From: Octopus sinensis
Lineage: Eukaryota
Length of the DNA stretch: 64,000 nucleotides
Assembly (NCBI RefSeq): GCF_006345805.1
Contig: NC_043008.1
Coordinates: 14,756,001 to 14,820,000, forward strand
Reading direction: 5' to 3'
In this document: positions 51,707 to 64,000 of the stretch, in pieces
Position numbering within the stretch: position 1 is the first letter of the stretch
How the letters are laid out: each line of letters opens with the position of its first letter
Program-made: the position numbers and the translations under genes
Notes under the pieces: generated by a model
What the model was told of the DNA's origin: nothing
The model's database searches: none
Seen by the model: the letters and a program-made list of their open reading frames with translations, nothing else

Positions 51707-51868
51707 CATATATATATAACCTATGCTAGCATGGAAAGTAGACGTTAAACGATGATGATGATGAATATATATGTGTGTGTGTGTGTATATATATGTATTT
51801 ATGTATTTATATATATGTATATATATATATATTACTTTATTTTAAGCAGCAGAAAAATTCAACAAAAT

Positions 51869-51906
51869 CTGTTACTCTGAGTTTCTCGTTGCCGTTCATC
51901 AGACAG
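51869..51906 (-). ncRNA. 38-nt minimal type I hammerhead ribozyme motif
   Basis: Reverse complement: CTGT CTGATGA ACG-GCAA-CGA GAAAC TC-A-GA GTA ACAG. 4-bp stem I, GNRA-capped stem II, palindromic stem III, GUA triplet. Confidence 0.65.
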
Positions 51907-52511
51907 GTTTTGCTAGATATAGATATATATATATATACTTACATATAAGGATATCTATATGTATGATTAACAATAATATCTATAAATATATATATAGATG
52001 TGTGTGCGTGTATACATATATATATGCAGATGTATGTATAAGTGTATTTATGTACTCAGTCACATATATATGCATATTATATACATATATGTGTGTGTGT
52101 GTGTGTATTTATCTGTGTCTATATATATATGCATATATATATATATATGTATATATGTATATGATTATGGACTCTCTTATATATATATATATGTCTATGT
52201 ATTCATATATGTGTGTGTGTATGTGTGTGTGCGTGTGTGTATCTGAACCAAGTAACCACTTGTTTAATTTTCTACTACAAACTCTATGTGTGTTTATAAA
52301 TACACACACACACTGACACACACGCACCGACACACACCCACACACACACTGATGCATATACACAAACACACATACACACACATATATATTTGATGGTGAA
52401 CTAAACAGGCATGAACCTCCCAAGGCACATCTTACTTCATCTACTCCAAGTTTTTATTGCCTGACTGTGCTCTAATACTAATTACAAATCAGCTGGAGCA
52501 ATGTCCAACGC

Positions 52512-52542
<31 letters not shown>

Positions 52543-52640
52543 ATATATGCACATATATATATACACATACATACATATATATATAATATATATATATATA
52601 ATATATATGTATGTGTATATATATATGCATATATATATAG

Positions 52641-52675
<35 letters not shown>

Positions 52676-54064
52676 TATATACATACACATACATATATAT
52701 AATATATATATATATTATATATATACCTACACACGCATATATATATACATATTTATATATATATGTGTGTGTGTTTGTTTTTATACAAACACATAAACAC
52801 ACACACATTGATCTGTCTATACACACACACACATATTTGTCCTCTTTTACTGAATGTGAAAGCTAGATGTCCTAATGGAATACACCCCTATATAAATATA
52901 TAGAAACAGATTTTTTGCATTCACACACACACACATACACACACACACACACATACACACACACACACAATTATTTTGGTAGCAATAATAATGACAATGA
53001 TAATGAAAATGGCTTCTCTTGTACATTTTAAGAGCCATTCCAATAGAAAAAGTGAAATGGTTGGCCTTTGGTCATAAGTCGCATTCATCGACAGAGGAGC
53101 AGCTCTGAAATTAATTTTCCAAGGAATGAGAAGCTGTGACATTCATGCTTTTGCCAATGGGACTATTAGCTGAGTTAGTGAAATATTTATTATCGCCAGA
53201 ATTAGAAAATGGGATGCCAGACTCAGTCAGGTGCTTACAATACCTGTATTTTGGCATTACATACATACATGCATGCATACACATGTGTGTGTGTGTTGTG
53301 TGTGTGTGTGTGTGTGTTTGGGCATGCATGTGTGTATGTGTGTATGTACGTATGTATATATATATATATATTATATATATATGTATATGTGTATGTATGT
53401 ATGTATGTATATATGTGTATGTGTATATATATATATATATATCTTACAGAAAATAAAGTAAATTTCGAATGTGGGATAGCTATGAAAATGCCATTATCAT
53501 CATCATCATTATCATCATCATTATCATCATCATCATTTAACGTCCACCTTCTATGCTGGCATGGATTGGATATCCAGAGAAATCAGGTAAATACCCCTAG
53601 AAGACAGTAAAAAGTTGCCAACAGGTGCTACAGGGAATCGAACCATGTGCCTCTCAGATAGCAGCTGATATATATAGCAGTTCAGCAAAAGAGACTGATA
53701 GAATAAGTACTAGGCTTACAAAGAATAAGTCCTAGAATCGATTTCTTCAACTAAAATTTTTTAAGGTGGTGCTCCAGCATGGCCACAGTTAGATGATTGA
53801 AACAAGTAAGAGAATATATCATTAACATCATCTAGCATCCCCTTTTCCATGCTGGCAAGGGTTGGATGGTTCAGAAGGGATTGGTGAACCAGAGGGCTGC
53901 ACTAAGCTCCAATCTGCTTTGGTATGATTTCTTCAGCTGGATGCATACATACAAACAAAAATACCCTGTTGTTGGTGTTGAAATTCCGATGAAGGAATCT
54001 TGGATCTAGGATAGAAACAGGTTCTTTCTCTATTGGCAAGAAATCTTTAAATAAACTGAATAAT

Positions 54065-54770
54065 GACATCCATCCATCCATCCATCCATCCATCCATCCA
54101 TCCATCCATCCATACATACATACATACATACATACTTACATACATGCATGCATACATGCATGCATACATACATGCATACATACATACATACATACATACA
54201 TACATACATACATGCATGCATACATACATACATACATACATACATACTTACATACATGCATGCATACATACATACATACATACATACTTACATACATGCA
54301 TGCATACATGCATGCATACATACATGCATGCATGCATATATACATGCATACATACATACATACATGCATGCATACATACATACATACATACATACTTACA
54401 TACATGCATGCATGCATACATACATACTTACATTTATACATACATACATACATACATACACACATACATACATACATACATACATACATACATACATACA
54501 TACATACATGCATGCATACATACATACATACATACATACTTACATACATGCATGCATGCATACATACATGCATACATACATACATGCATATATGCATACA
54601 TGCATACATACATACATACATACATACATACATACATACATTCATTCATACATAATACATACATACATACATACATACATACATACATACATACATACAT
54701 AATACATACATACATACGTGCATACATACATACATACATACATACATACATGCATACATATATGCATAAT
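54065..54770. repeat. (CATC)n then (TACA/TGCA)n tetranucleotide array
   Basis: Direct reading. Confidence 0.95.
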
Positions 54771-55270
54771 ACATGTATATATATAAATTTCTTCTCTCCA
54801 TTCAAACACTACTCTGCTGGAAGAAGGACCCTGTTCAAAATGTTGGATCTTCCTCTCCCCATGGCAATTCCACTGTGCTCTTTGCTTTTCTTTTAACTAC
54901 ATATGTCCTGGTGACACAGACTAACATTAGACTCTGTCATTAGACTGTGGCCATGCTGGAGCATGACCATGGGAAATTTCAGTCAAACAAATCAGCCGAA
55001 GTGCTTATTTCTTAAGTCTGGGACTCATTCCAAATGGCTAAGTTACGGGGTCATCAACCCACCAGCACCAGTTGCTAAGTGGTGAAGGACACACACACAC
55101 ACACACACATGATGGGCTGCTTTCAGTTTCCATCGGCCAAATCCACTCACATGGCTTTAGCCAGTCCAAGGCTATAGTAGAAGACACTTGTCCGATGTTC
55201 CACACACTGGGAGTGAACCTGGAACCATGTGGTTGGAAAACAATTTCTTCTTACCACACAGCCACATTTG

Positions 55271-55381
<111 letters not shown>

Positions 55382-56134
55382 TATATTTATGTAAGTATAA
55401 TATATACATTATATTTATGTATGTATATATATATACATACATATATATATTATACATGTTCGTTTTTATGTTATTATAAAAACAATTTTACTTTAAATTG
55501 AAGGATTACTCAATACATTTGGTAGAGTATAAATTAATTATTCTTTAACAGGAAGATTACCAACAGTGACCTCAAAGTTCTGCTGATAGCTTAGTTGGCT
55601 GGAACTTCGAAGATATTGTCAATACAATTCGTCTTAAAGAATAATAAACAAATATATATATATGTGTGTGTGTGAGTGTGTACATGTGCACATGTGTGTG
55701 TGTATCACTGCATATTTCTTGTTTTAATGTGTATGTCCTTGTTTAAAAAAATAAGTATCTAATATTTGTGTGCTTGACAGATCATTAGCAAATTTTTTCC
55801 AATTATAAGAGTTTAGATCACCTCTCAGCATGTTTTACATTCACCTCTTATCGCTATCATTTTTCTTTGGTTAAACTTTATAATGCTCGACAAAAATGTA
55901 TGAACATCACAACATCTTACTCCCCATCGCTCTTCTGTCTGGAATATGATATTTAAAACATAATTACATAATAATTAACAATATTGACCAAATGTTGCTT
56001 TTATTTATTTGTTTTTTTTTTATAATCAAATTACAGCTAAAGAAAATTTTTAAATTTTTCAAAAAAGGCAAATTTTTGGGGGTGAAGTATTTCAATATAG
56101 AAAAAATAAATATCCTTATATTATTAATACAGAA

Positions 56135-56224
<90 letters not shown>

Positions 56225-56506
56225 TCTTTTTTTTTTTTTGAAACATCAGCAAAACTTTGTTATATTTATTATTGAAATATTTCTTGTACAAAAAAATGTT
56301 TTTGATTTGTTGGAAAATTTTTTTTTCTTCTCTTTTTCCATTCTCTGTTCATTCCATCATAGTTTAAAGACTATAAAACAGCTAAGAAAGAGAGAAAGAA
56401 ATGAGAAGAAGAAAAAAAATATTAAAAAAAATAAAATAAAAATAATACAATAACAATTATATTTTCAAAACACCTACATACATACATGCATATATACATC
56501 TATATA

Positions 56507-56559
<53 letters not shown>

Positions 56560-56779
56560 GCATATATATAGATATACATACACACACACACATATATGTA
56601 CGTATGTATATATATATATGTGCATGTGTATATATATATATATATATACACATATATATATTACCGATATATATAACAAAAAGAACTTTTCACATCTTCT
56701 CAATGATTTAGTCAATAAAGAAATTATAATTAAATTCCGATTTGTTGATTTTTAAGAGAAATAATGAAAGAGTGACTTC

Positions 56780-57345
56780 CATTGTTTGTAATCTGTGTGT
56801 GTGTGGTGTGCGTGTGTGTGTGTGCAGTGTGTGTGTGGATGGTGTGTGGATGGTGTGTGTGTCTAGTGTGTGAGTGGTGTGTGTGTGTGTGCGTGTGTGC
56901 ATGGTGTGTGTGTAGTGTATGTATGTGTGTGTGTGTGTGTGTGTGCAGTGTATGTGGTGTGAGTGGTATGTGTGTGGCGTGTGGGTGGTGTGTGTGTGGT
57001 GTGTGTGCGTGAGTGTGGTGTGTGAATGTGGTATGTGTCTGTGATGTGTGAGTGGTGTGCACTCGCATGTGTGTGTGTGGTGTATGAGTATGGTGTGTGT
57101 GGTGTGTGAGTTTGATGTGTGTGGTGTGTGTGTGCAGTGTATGTGGTGTGAGTGGTATGTGTGTGGCGTGTGGGTGGTGTGTGTGGTGTGTGTGCGTGAG
57201 TGTGGTGTGTGAATGTGGTATGTGTCTGTGATGTGTGAGTGGTGTGCACTCGCATGTGGTGTGTGTGTGGTGTATGAGTATGGTGTGTGTGGTGTGTGAG
57301 TTTGATGTGTGTGTGTGTGTGTGTGTGTGCGTGTCTTTGAGTTTG
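56780..57345. repeat. Degenerate (GT)-rich repeat with a 189-bp internal duplication
   Basis: GCAGTGTATGTGG at 56945 and 57134. Confidence 0.9.
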
Positions 57346-59219
57346 ATGTGTGTGTGTAACAGACACAATATTTGCTGGCATTTAAGACATGATTGCTTTA
57401 TGCATTCAATAAGTGCCCTGCTTCTAAGGTGCTAAATGTCGCTGTATTACAGATGGGAGACCAAGTAATATAGGCTGAAGAACCAAATTAACACAAATCT
57501 CCTAGGTAAGATAACTGTTACTAAGGTGCAGGTGTGACTGTGTGGTAAGAAGCTTGCAGTGTAGTGTTTGGCACTGAAGCTGTCAAGACGTGCTTTTCAA
57601 AGTCGTCTTGAATTGAAGAATTTTGAAGCTCCACTGTAAGGTAAGACTCATGTTATTTGGGTCCAGTGGGGTCTGTTGTTTGTGGTAATAATAATTTTTT
57701 TTGTAGCAGCAAGAAGTCCTCACTGGATTCTAAACTCTAGTCTGCCTTCTGTGGAGTGAATATTTTTTTTTCACTTAATTGTGAGAATTTTCATTTGGGG
57801 GCATATCCTGCTTTCAAGTTAGTGGTTCACGTTAAGTGAATATTTTTTCTCACTTAATTCTGAGAATTGTTGCTTGGAGACGTATCATGCCTCCTAAAAA
57901 TTTGTTCATTTTTTGTGAATTTTTAAAATAATTGTGAGAATTGCAGTTTTGGGGGAGTGTCTTTGCCTCCGAAGATTGAATGACTTGTATACCAGTTTTT
58001 GTGGAAGTTGTGTTTCCAGTTGTGGCATTCCAGGTTCAACTTTCGCTGGGAGTACCTAGTGGCCGGAAGATTTTTTTTGCTGTGTTTTTGAACTATCGAC
58101 TTTCTTTCTTCTAAACATTTTTTAACTTACTTTTTTTCATGAATTGTTTTATTGTGACTTTCTTTTGATTTCTTTCTTTTTCTTCCCTCTTTTTAAGTTT
58201 TATTTTGAACTATTTTCGAACTGTTAAAAAAAAAGAGAAACATAGCAGTGAAATAAGACAATGTTTTGGAGTAGTAAATTATACCACCCAAACGGTGGTT
58301 GAAAGACCGTGAAGAGAGGATGGTGATGTTGAGGACTTACTCCAAGTCACTTGACATCATTGCCCTATTTGTAATTGAAAAGGAGTTGGCAGAGTATTTG
58401 CCACTTGTTAAATTCATTTCCAGGCGGGGTCAAATATGCAACAGTGCGGTTGCTATTTGACACCCCTGAAGAGGCTCACAAATTTGCATGCCAGGTGGAA
58501 TGTCCAATTTAGCAGTTCGGCAAAAGAGACCAATAGAATAAGTAGTAGGCTTACAAAGAATTATTGCTGGGGTCGATTTACTCGACTAAAGGTGGTGCTC
58601 CAACATGGTCGCAGTGAAATGACTGAAACAAGTAAAAGAGTAAAAGAGAACCCTTATATGTCGCCTAACAACAGGAGAGTTCATCATATATATCATATAT
58701 ATAAATATATGTATATATACCCACATATATATATATGTATGTATATATCAGACCGATGGCAAAAACCAAGACAGGTAGACTGGTATGTGTTTTACACATT
58801 CGCTCACTCACTTACATACACACACACACACACACACACTTACACACACACTTGTGCACATACATGTGTGTACATGTATGTGATTTTATCGACTGTCGTT
58901 CTGTACATTAATTCCTGTGGTGAATCCGATTGCATAAGTATATCTACACAATTTGAGCACATTTAAATCTCTCTCTGTGTGCATGCACACACACATGCAC
59001 ACACATGCATTAGCAGACATTCGTGCTTGTGTCAGTCTTTGATGCTGATGCTGCTGCTTATGATGATGTCAATCCTTTGCTGATATTTGCGAAAGCCAAT
59101 GTGTGCAGCATTGCATGCAGTAGTGCAACGTCTTGCTTTGCATTCTTCGTAGAAGGTCGCCTGAACTTTACGCAAATGCTGTTTACTGTCCCCAGTGTTG
59201 CCAAAGTGTCTGTCTACAC

Positions 59220-59465
59220 GTGTGTGCGTGTATATGTGTGTGTGTGTGTGTATGTGTGTGTGTGTGTCTATGTGTGTATGTGTGTGTATGTGTGTGTATG
59301 TGTGTGTGTGTGTGTGTGTGAGTGTGTGTGTGTGCGTGTGTTTGTGTGTGTGTGTGGTGTGTGTGTGTGAGTGTGTGTGTGTGTGTGTGTGTCTATGTGT
59401 GTTGTGGTGTATGTGTGTGTATGTGTGGTGTGTGTGTGTGTGTGTGTGTGCGTGTGTTTGTGTGT

Positions 59466-59502
<37 letters not shown>

Positions 59503-59658
59503 TGTGTGTGTGTGTGGTGTATGTGTGTGTGTATGTGTGTGTGTGTGTGTGTGTGTATGTGTGTTGTGTATGTGTGTGTGTGGGTGTCTATGTGTGTATG
59601 TGTGTGTATGTGTGTGTATGTGTGTGTGTGTGTGTGTGTGTGAGTGTGTGGTGTGTGC

Positions 59659-59699
<41 letters not shown>

Positions 59700-60075
59700 T
59701 GTGTGGTGTGTGTCTATGTGTGTATGTGTGTGTATGTGTGTGTATGTGTGTGTGTTCGTGTATGTGTGTGTGTGTGTGTGTGGTGTGTGTGTGTGTATTT
59801 GTGTGTGTGTGTGGTGTGTGAGTGTGTGTGTATGTGTGTTATGTGTGTGTGTGTGTGTATGGTGTGTGTGTGTGTGTATGTGTGTGTATGTGTGGTGTAT
59901 GTGTGTGTATGTGTTGTGTTGTGTGTATGTGTGTGGTGTGTGTTGTGTGTGTGTGTGAGTGTGTGTGTGTGCGTGTGTTTGTGTGTGTGTGAGTGTGTGT
60001 GTGTGTATGTGTGTGTATGTGTGTGTGCGTATGTATGTGTGTGTATGTGTGTGTGTGTATGTGTGTGTGTTTGTG
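59220..60075. repeat. About 850-bp (TG)-rich microsatellite
   Basis: Direct reading. Confidence 0.95.
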
Positions 60076-60400
60076 CTTGTATATATGTGTCTATGTGTAT
60101 GTTGTCAAATGTGGTAGCAGCAACCCCTAGGGGATCACGTATGACTCTCCACCAGATTTCACAAACAGAATTATACAGGTGAGTATGCATACGTGTGTGG
60201 AATGCAATTATGTTCCTGTTTGCATGTGTGTGTTGCTATCTTTCTATCTGTCTATCTATCTATCTATCTATCTATCTACCTATCTATCTGTAAAAATATG
60301 TATGTGTGTATATATATATATGCGTGTGTGTAAATATGTGTGTATGTATGTGTGAGGATATGTGTATATGTGTGTATGTATATATATGTATATATATATA

Positions 60401-60446
<46 letters not shown>

Positions 60447-61134
60447 TCTACATGCCTGTATGTGTGCGCACGTGTGTGTGTGCATGTGAGGATATGTGTA
60501 TATGTGTGTGTGTGTGTATATATATATACACACGTGTCTACATGTCTATGTGTGCGTGTGTGTGTGTATGAACTGAAAGCTGCTATTCTTTCTGTCGAGG
60601 TGAAAGAAAGTTGGAAGAATTATAAACAAAATTAAGGCCCCCCACCATCCAGTTTCACTTGCATATTTAGAGAGTAGCAGGCAAAGGAGTAGTAGTAGTA
60701 GTAGTAGTAGTAGGAGGAGGAGGAGGAGAGGGGGACCAATGTGAAGAAATGCAGCAACGCCTAACAGTTTATTGTAGAGAATTAGTCTGTGTTGCCCAAA
60801 GGTAATCACACTTTTAGATCTTGTGACTAATATAGTTGAAATGAAAAGACTGAATGCACACCTGATTAATTTATTTGTATAGACACAGGTGTGTCTATGC
60901 CATGTGTCGCTGCCTGTGTAGTTAAGAATCTTGCTTCTCAACCATTGTGGTCTTGGGTTCCGTTATACTGCGTGAATAGCTCTGCGTGGACTTATAACCT
61001 GTAAGTGAATTTGGTAGATGAAACTGAAGGAGACCCATAACACATACTTATATCTATCTATCAACTGGCCTGTCTACCTACCTTTCTATCTATCAATCTC
61101 TCTCTCTCTCTCTGTCTTTCTCTTTCTCTGTGGC

Positions 61135-61745
61135 ATGACATGTCATGTAATGTTATGGATTAGGTCTGCCCTTCTGGCAAATCTGACATGTCATGCAATG
61201 TTATGGATTAGGTCTGCCCCTCTGGCGAATCTGACATGTCATGTAATGTTATGGGTTTGTCTGCCCCTCTGGCGAATCTGACATGTCATGCAATGTTATG
61301 GATTAGGTCTGCCCCTCTGGTGAATCTCCGACATGTCATGTAATGCTATGGGTTGGATCTGCCCCTCTGGCGAATGCCTGAGATGTCATGTAATGTTATG
61401 GATTAGGTCTGCCCCTCTGGTGAATCTGACATATCATGTCATGTTATGGGTTGAGACTGCCCCTCTGGCGAATCTGACATGTCATGTAATGTTATGGATT
61501 GGGTCTGCCCCTCTGGGGAATCTCCGACATGTCATGTAATGTTATGGGTTGGGTCTGCCCCTCTGGTGAATCTGACATGTTATGTGATGTTATGGATTGG
61601 CCCTGCCCCTCTGACATGTCATGTAGTGTTATGGATTGGCCCTGCCCCTCTGGCGAATCTGACATTTCATATAATGTTATGGGTTTGTCTGCCCCTCTGA
61701 CTAATCTGACACGTCATGTAATGTTATGGATTGTCCCTGCCCTGG
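61135..61745. repeat. 48-bp minisatellite, about 13 units
   Basis: Unit CTGACATGTCATGTAATGTTATGGATTAGGTCTGCCCCTCTGGCGAAT; starts at 61183 and 61231 give a period of 48. Confidence 0.95.
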
Positions 61746-63101
61746 CAAATCCCACCAAATGTTGTGTCTTTTTGGCATTGAATTGATGAGCTTTGTGGTA
61801 CTTATTTTATCAACCCTAAATAGATGAAAAGCAAAGTTAACCCCAGCGGAATTCTAAATAAGAACATAAAGACAGACGAAATGTTGCTAAGCATTTTGCC
61901 AGGTATGCTAACGATTCTGCCAGCTTACAACCTTAAAAGGTGCTCAACATATTGATTAAACATCATCTACATTAACCCTTTAGCATTTGGATTACTTTGT
62001 CACATGTAATGCTTATTTATTCACATTCTTTTGAATTTATCATGCATTATCTCCTAGTTTTGAGATTTTGACGATGTGATTGTTTATTTTTAGAATGACA
62101 TTGTAGGCCAGGTGTGAGAGACTGGATGTGGCGAGTTTTAGCATAAAACAAGATAGGATATTTGGGTTATATATGGCTTGTCTCACTAGGTGAGACAAGC
62201 TGACACTGAATTAGCTTTGCTGACTGACAGGTGACAGTCATTTAGAGAATGCGTGGGCTAAGACAACATGTCTTCATTGGTCAGTTAAAGTTGAGACAGT
62301 GTCATGTGACAACTTGCTGGGGCTGCCTGCTGGAGCCTAGCAGCAGGTATTTAAAGGGAAAAAAATTTGACAAGTCAGTCAGTCACTTGCTGACACTCGT
62401 TGATGCTACATCGAAGAGGCCAGGGAACAGAAGAAAGAAGACATGCACCCAACACCAGAGCTGCAGACAAATGGATTCAGGTTCAGTCTCACTGTACAGC
62501 ACCTTCAACAAGCATTCTCTGCTATGGCTCTTGGATGACTAATGCCTTGTAAGTGAACTGTGTGGAAGACTGTTGTGCGTGTCTGTGCATGTGTAACTCT
62601 GCATGTATCTATGTGTCTGTGCATATGTATCTCTGCATGTGTGTGTGTCTTTGTGGCCAACTGCTTGGCAACTGGTGTTTGTTTTGGCTCTTGTAACTTA
62701 GCAGTTTGGTAAAAGAGACTGACAGAATAAGTACCAAACTTTAAAAAACCCTAAGTACTGGGATTAATCTGTTTGACTAAACCCTTCAAAGCGGTGCCCC
62801 AGCATGACCCCTCCAGTCAAATGACTGAAACAAGTACAAGATAATAGGGAAGTCGTCGCCAGTGCAGGTGGCACGTAAAAAGCACCATTTGGGCGTGGCC
62901 GTTGCCAGTACCACCAAACTGGCCCTCGTGCCGGTGGCACATAAAGGCACCCACTACACTCTTGGAGTGGTTGGTGTTAGGAAGGGCAATCAGCTGTAGA
63001 AACTCTGCCAGGTGAGATTGGAGTCTGGTTCGCCAGACCTTAGTCAAAACCCATGCTAGCATGGAAAGCGGACGCTAAATGGTGATGATGATGATGGTTC
63101 A

Positions 63102-63498
63102 TCTTTATATATAAAAGTAAGGTTGTGTGCTGTCTGTCTCCTACGATTTAGATTCCTAACTACTCCCACATTTTGCGGTGCAGTTTAACCAAAACCGGGT
63201 ATCTTATACTCGTGATTCATATCGAGCCCTTCTGGGTATTAGCGCGTGTCTACGATGAGTCTACGATTTAAAAAAAAATTTACCATCAATTTTTCCCATT
63301 TTTAATGCATTTTTGGCATATATAAGGGAAGTAACTCTCTAAAAATTTATTATTAAATCTCAGAACGTAAAAAGCTACAGTAACACCCTCTCCTTTGTGG
63401 TTAGCCATATTGAGATGGCTATTATACTTTACATCTCTAAAAATGCTTATATAGTTATTTCCCTTACAAACCCGAGCAACGCCAGGCAATACTGCTAG
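63102..63498 (+). mobile_element. 397-bp non-autonomous Helitron
   Basis: A|TC start at 63102, subterminal hairpin-like CCCGAGCAACGCCAGG, and CTAG|T end at 63495-63498. No TSD. Confidence 0.8.
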
Positions 63499-64000
63499 TT
63501 TCTTTATAAAAAGAGAGAAAAATAAACAAAACACAAACTTTTCTTTTTAGTTTTTTATTTTATTATAAACAATATTTACAAGTGACCACATAGCTTTGTC
63601 CCCAAAAAAGTTTAACTGGTGGTGGACAGTCTGCCATTTGATCTCAAACCACAGGAAAAGAACGATGATGTCGCAACGATGCAGTTTAACGCAAACCAAG
63701 TCTCTTTTTCTCTTTGTCCTTTTTCCGGACAATTTCGATATTTCTTTCTTTCCAGGAACTTTTCCGAAGCTTGATTGGGCGGTTTCCAACATACTTTCCT
63801 GAGAATAAAGGAAAATATCTGATTAAAAAGGTGTTAATTATCATCAATTTAACGGTCGCTTTTATATGCTTGCACGGGTCACATGTAATTTAAAGCAAAA
63901 AAAAAAAAAAAAAAATGCTCCTTTTAGAGTGATACACACTCGTAAGGCCAGTTTCCTGGATTCTCAGGGGTAGATAAAGTGTCTTGCTCAAGAACACAAC

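Noticed and set aside
60100-60178. ATG-containing segment with strong donor AG|GTGAGT (also 44058-44103 and 60671-60800)
   Set aside because: These are isolated splice-like sites that cannot be chained or identified.
61135-61745. Regularly spaced repeats suggesting a CRISPR array (also 42331-43066)
   Set aside because: The units are contiguous with no unique spacers, there are no cas genes, and the context is eukaryotic.

Overview
AT-rich, microsatellite-saturated animal genomic DNA. The SINE families and simple-repeat density point to a coleoid cephalopod, most likely Octopus (inference; no search run). The one well-supported protein-coding gene is a spliced + strand gene of the Jiraiya/TMEM221 membrane-protein family. 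Three exons are confident (20892-21152, 24489-24574, 28646-28869) and a phase-compatible first exon at 3905-3963 gives a 209-aa protein ending ...NELSTLV. The rest is mobile DNA: four tRNA-derived or LINE-tail SINE families, a young 5'-truncated CR1/L2-like LINE, a truncated RTE, TTAA/piggyBac-type MITEs, a non-autonomous Helitron, a Helentron-like end, and minisatellites. The most striking unexplained structure is a set of fold-back (inverted-repeat) elements embedded in (TA)n tracts. Several carry minimal type I hammerhead-ribozyme motifs of the kind known from Penelope-like retroelements (8760-8810 +, 10746-10805 -, 11065-11125 +, 35914-35982 -, 51869-51906 -). Two lie in sense orientation in the putative first intron of the TMEM221-like gene, together with a 480-bp near-perfect palindrome. 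Nearly all ORFs in the supplied track are microsatellite artefacts.
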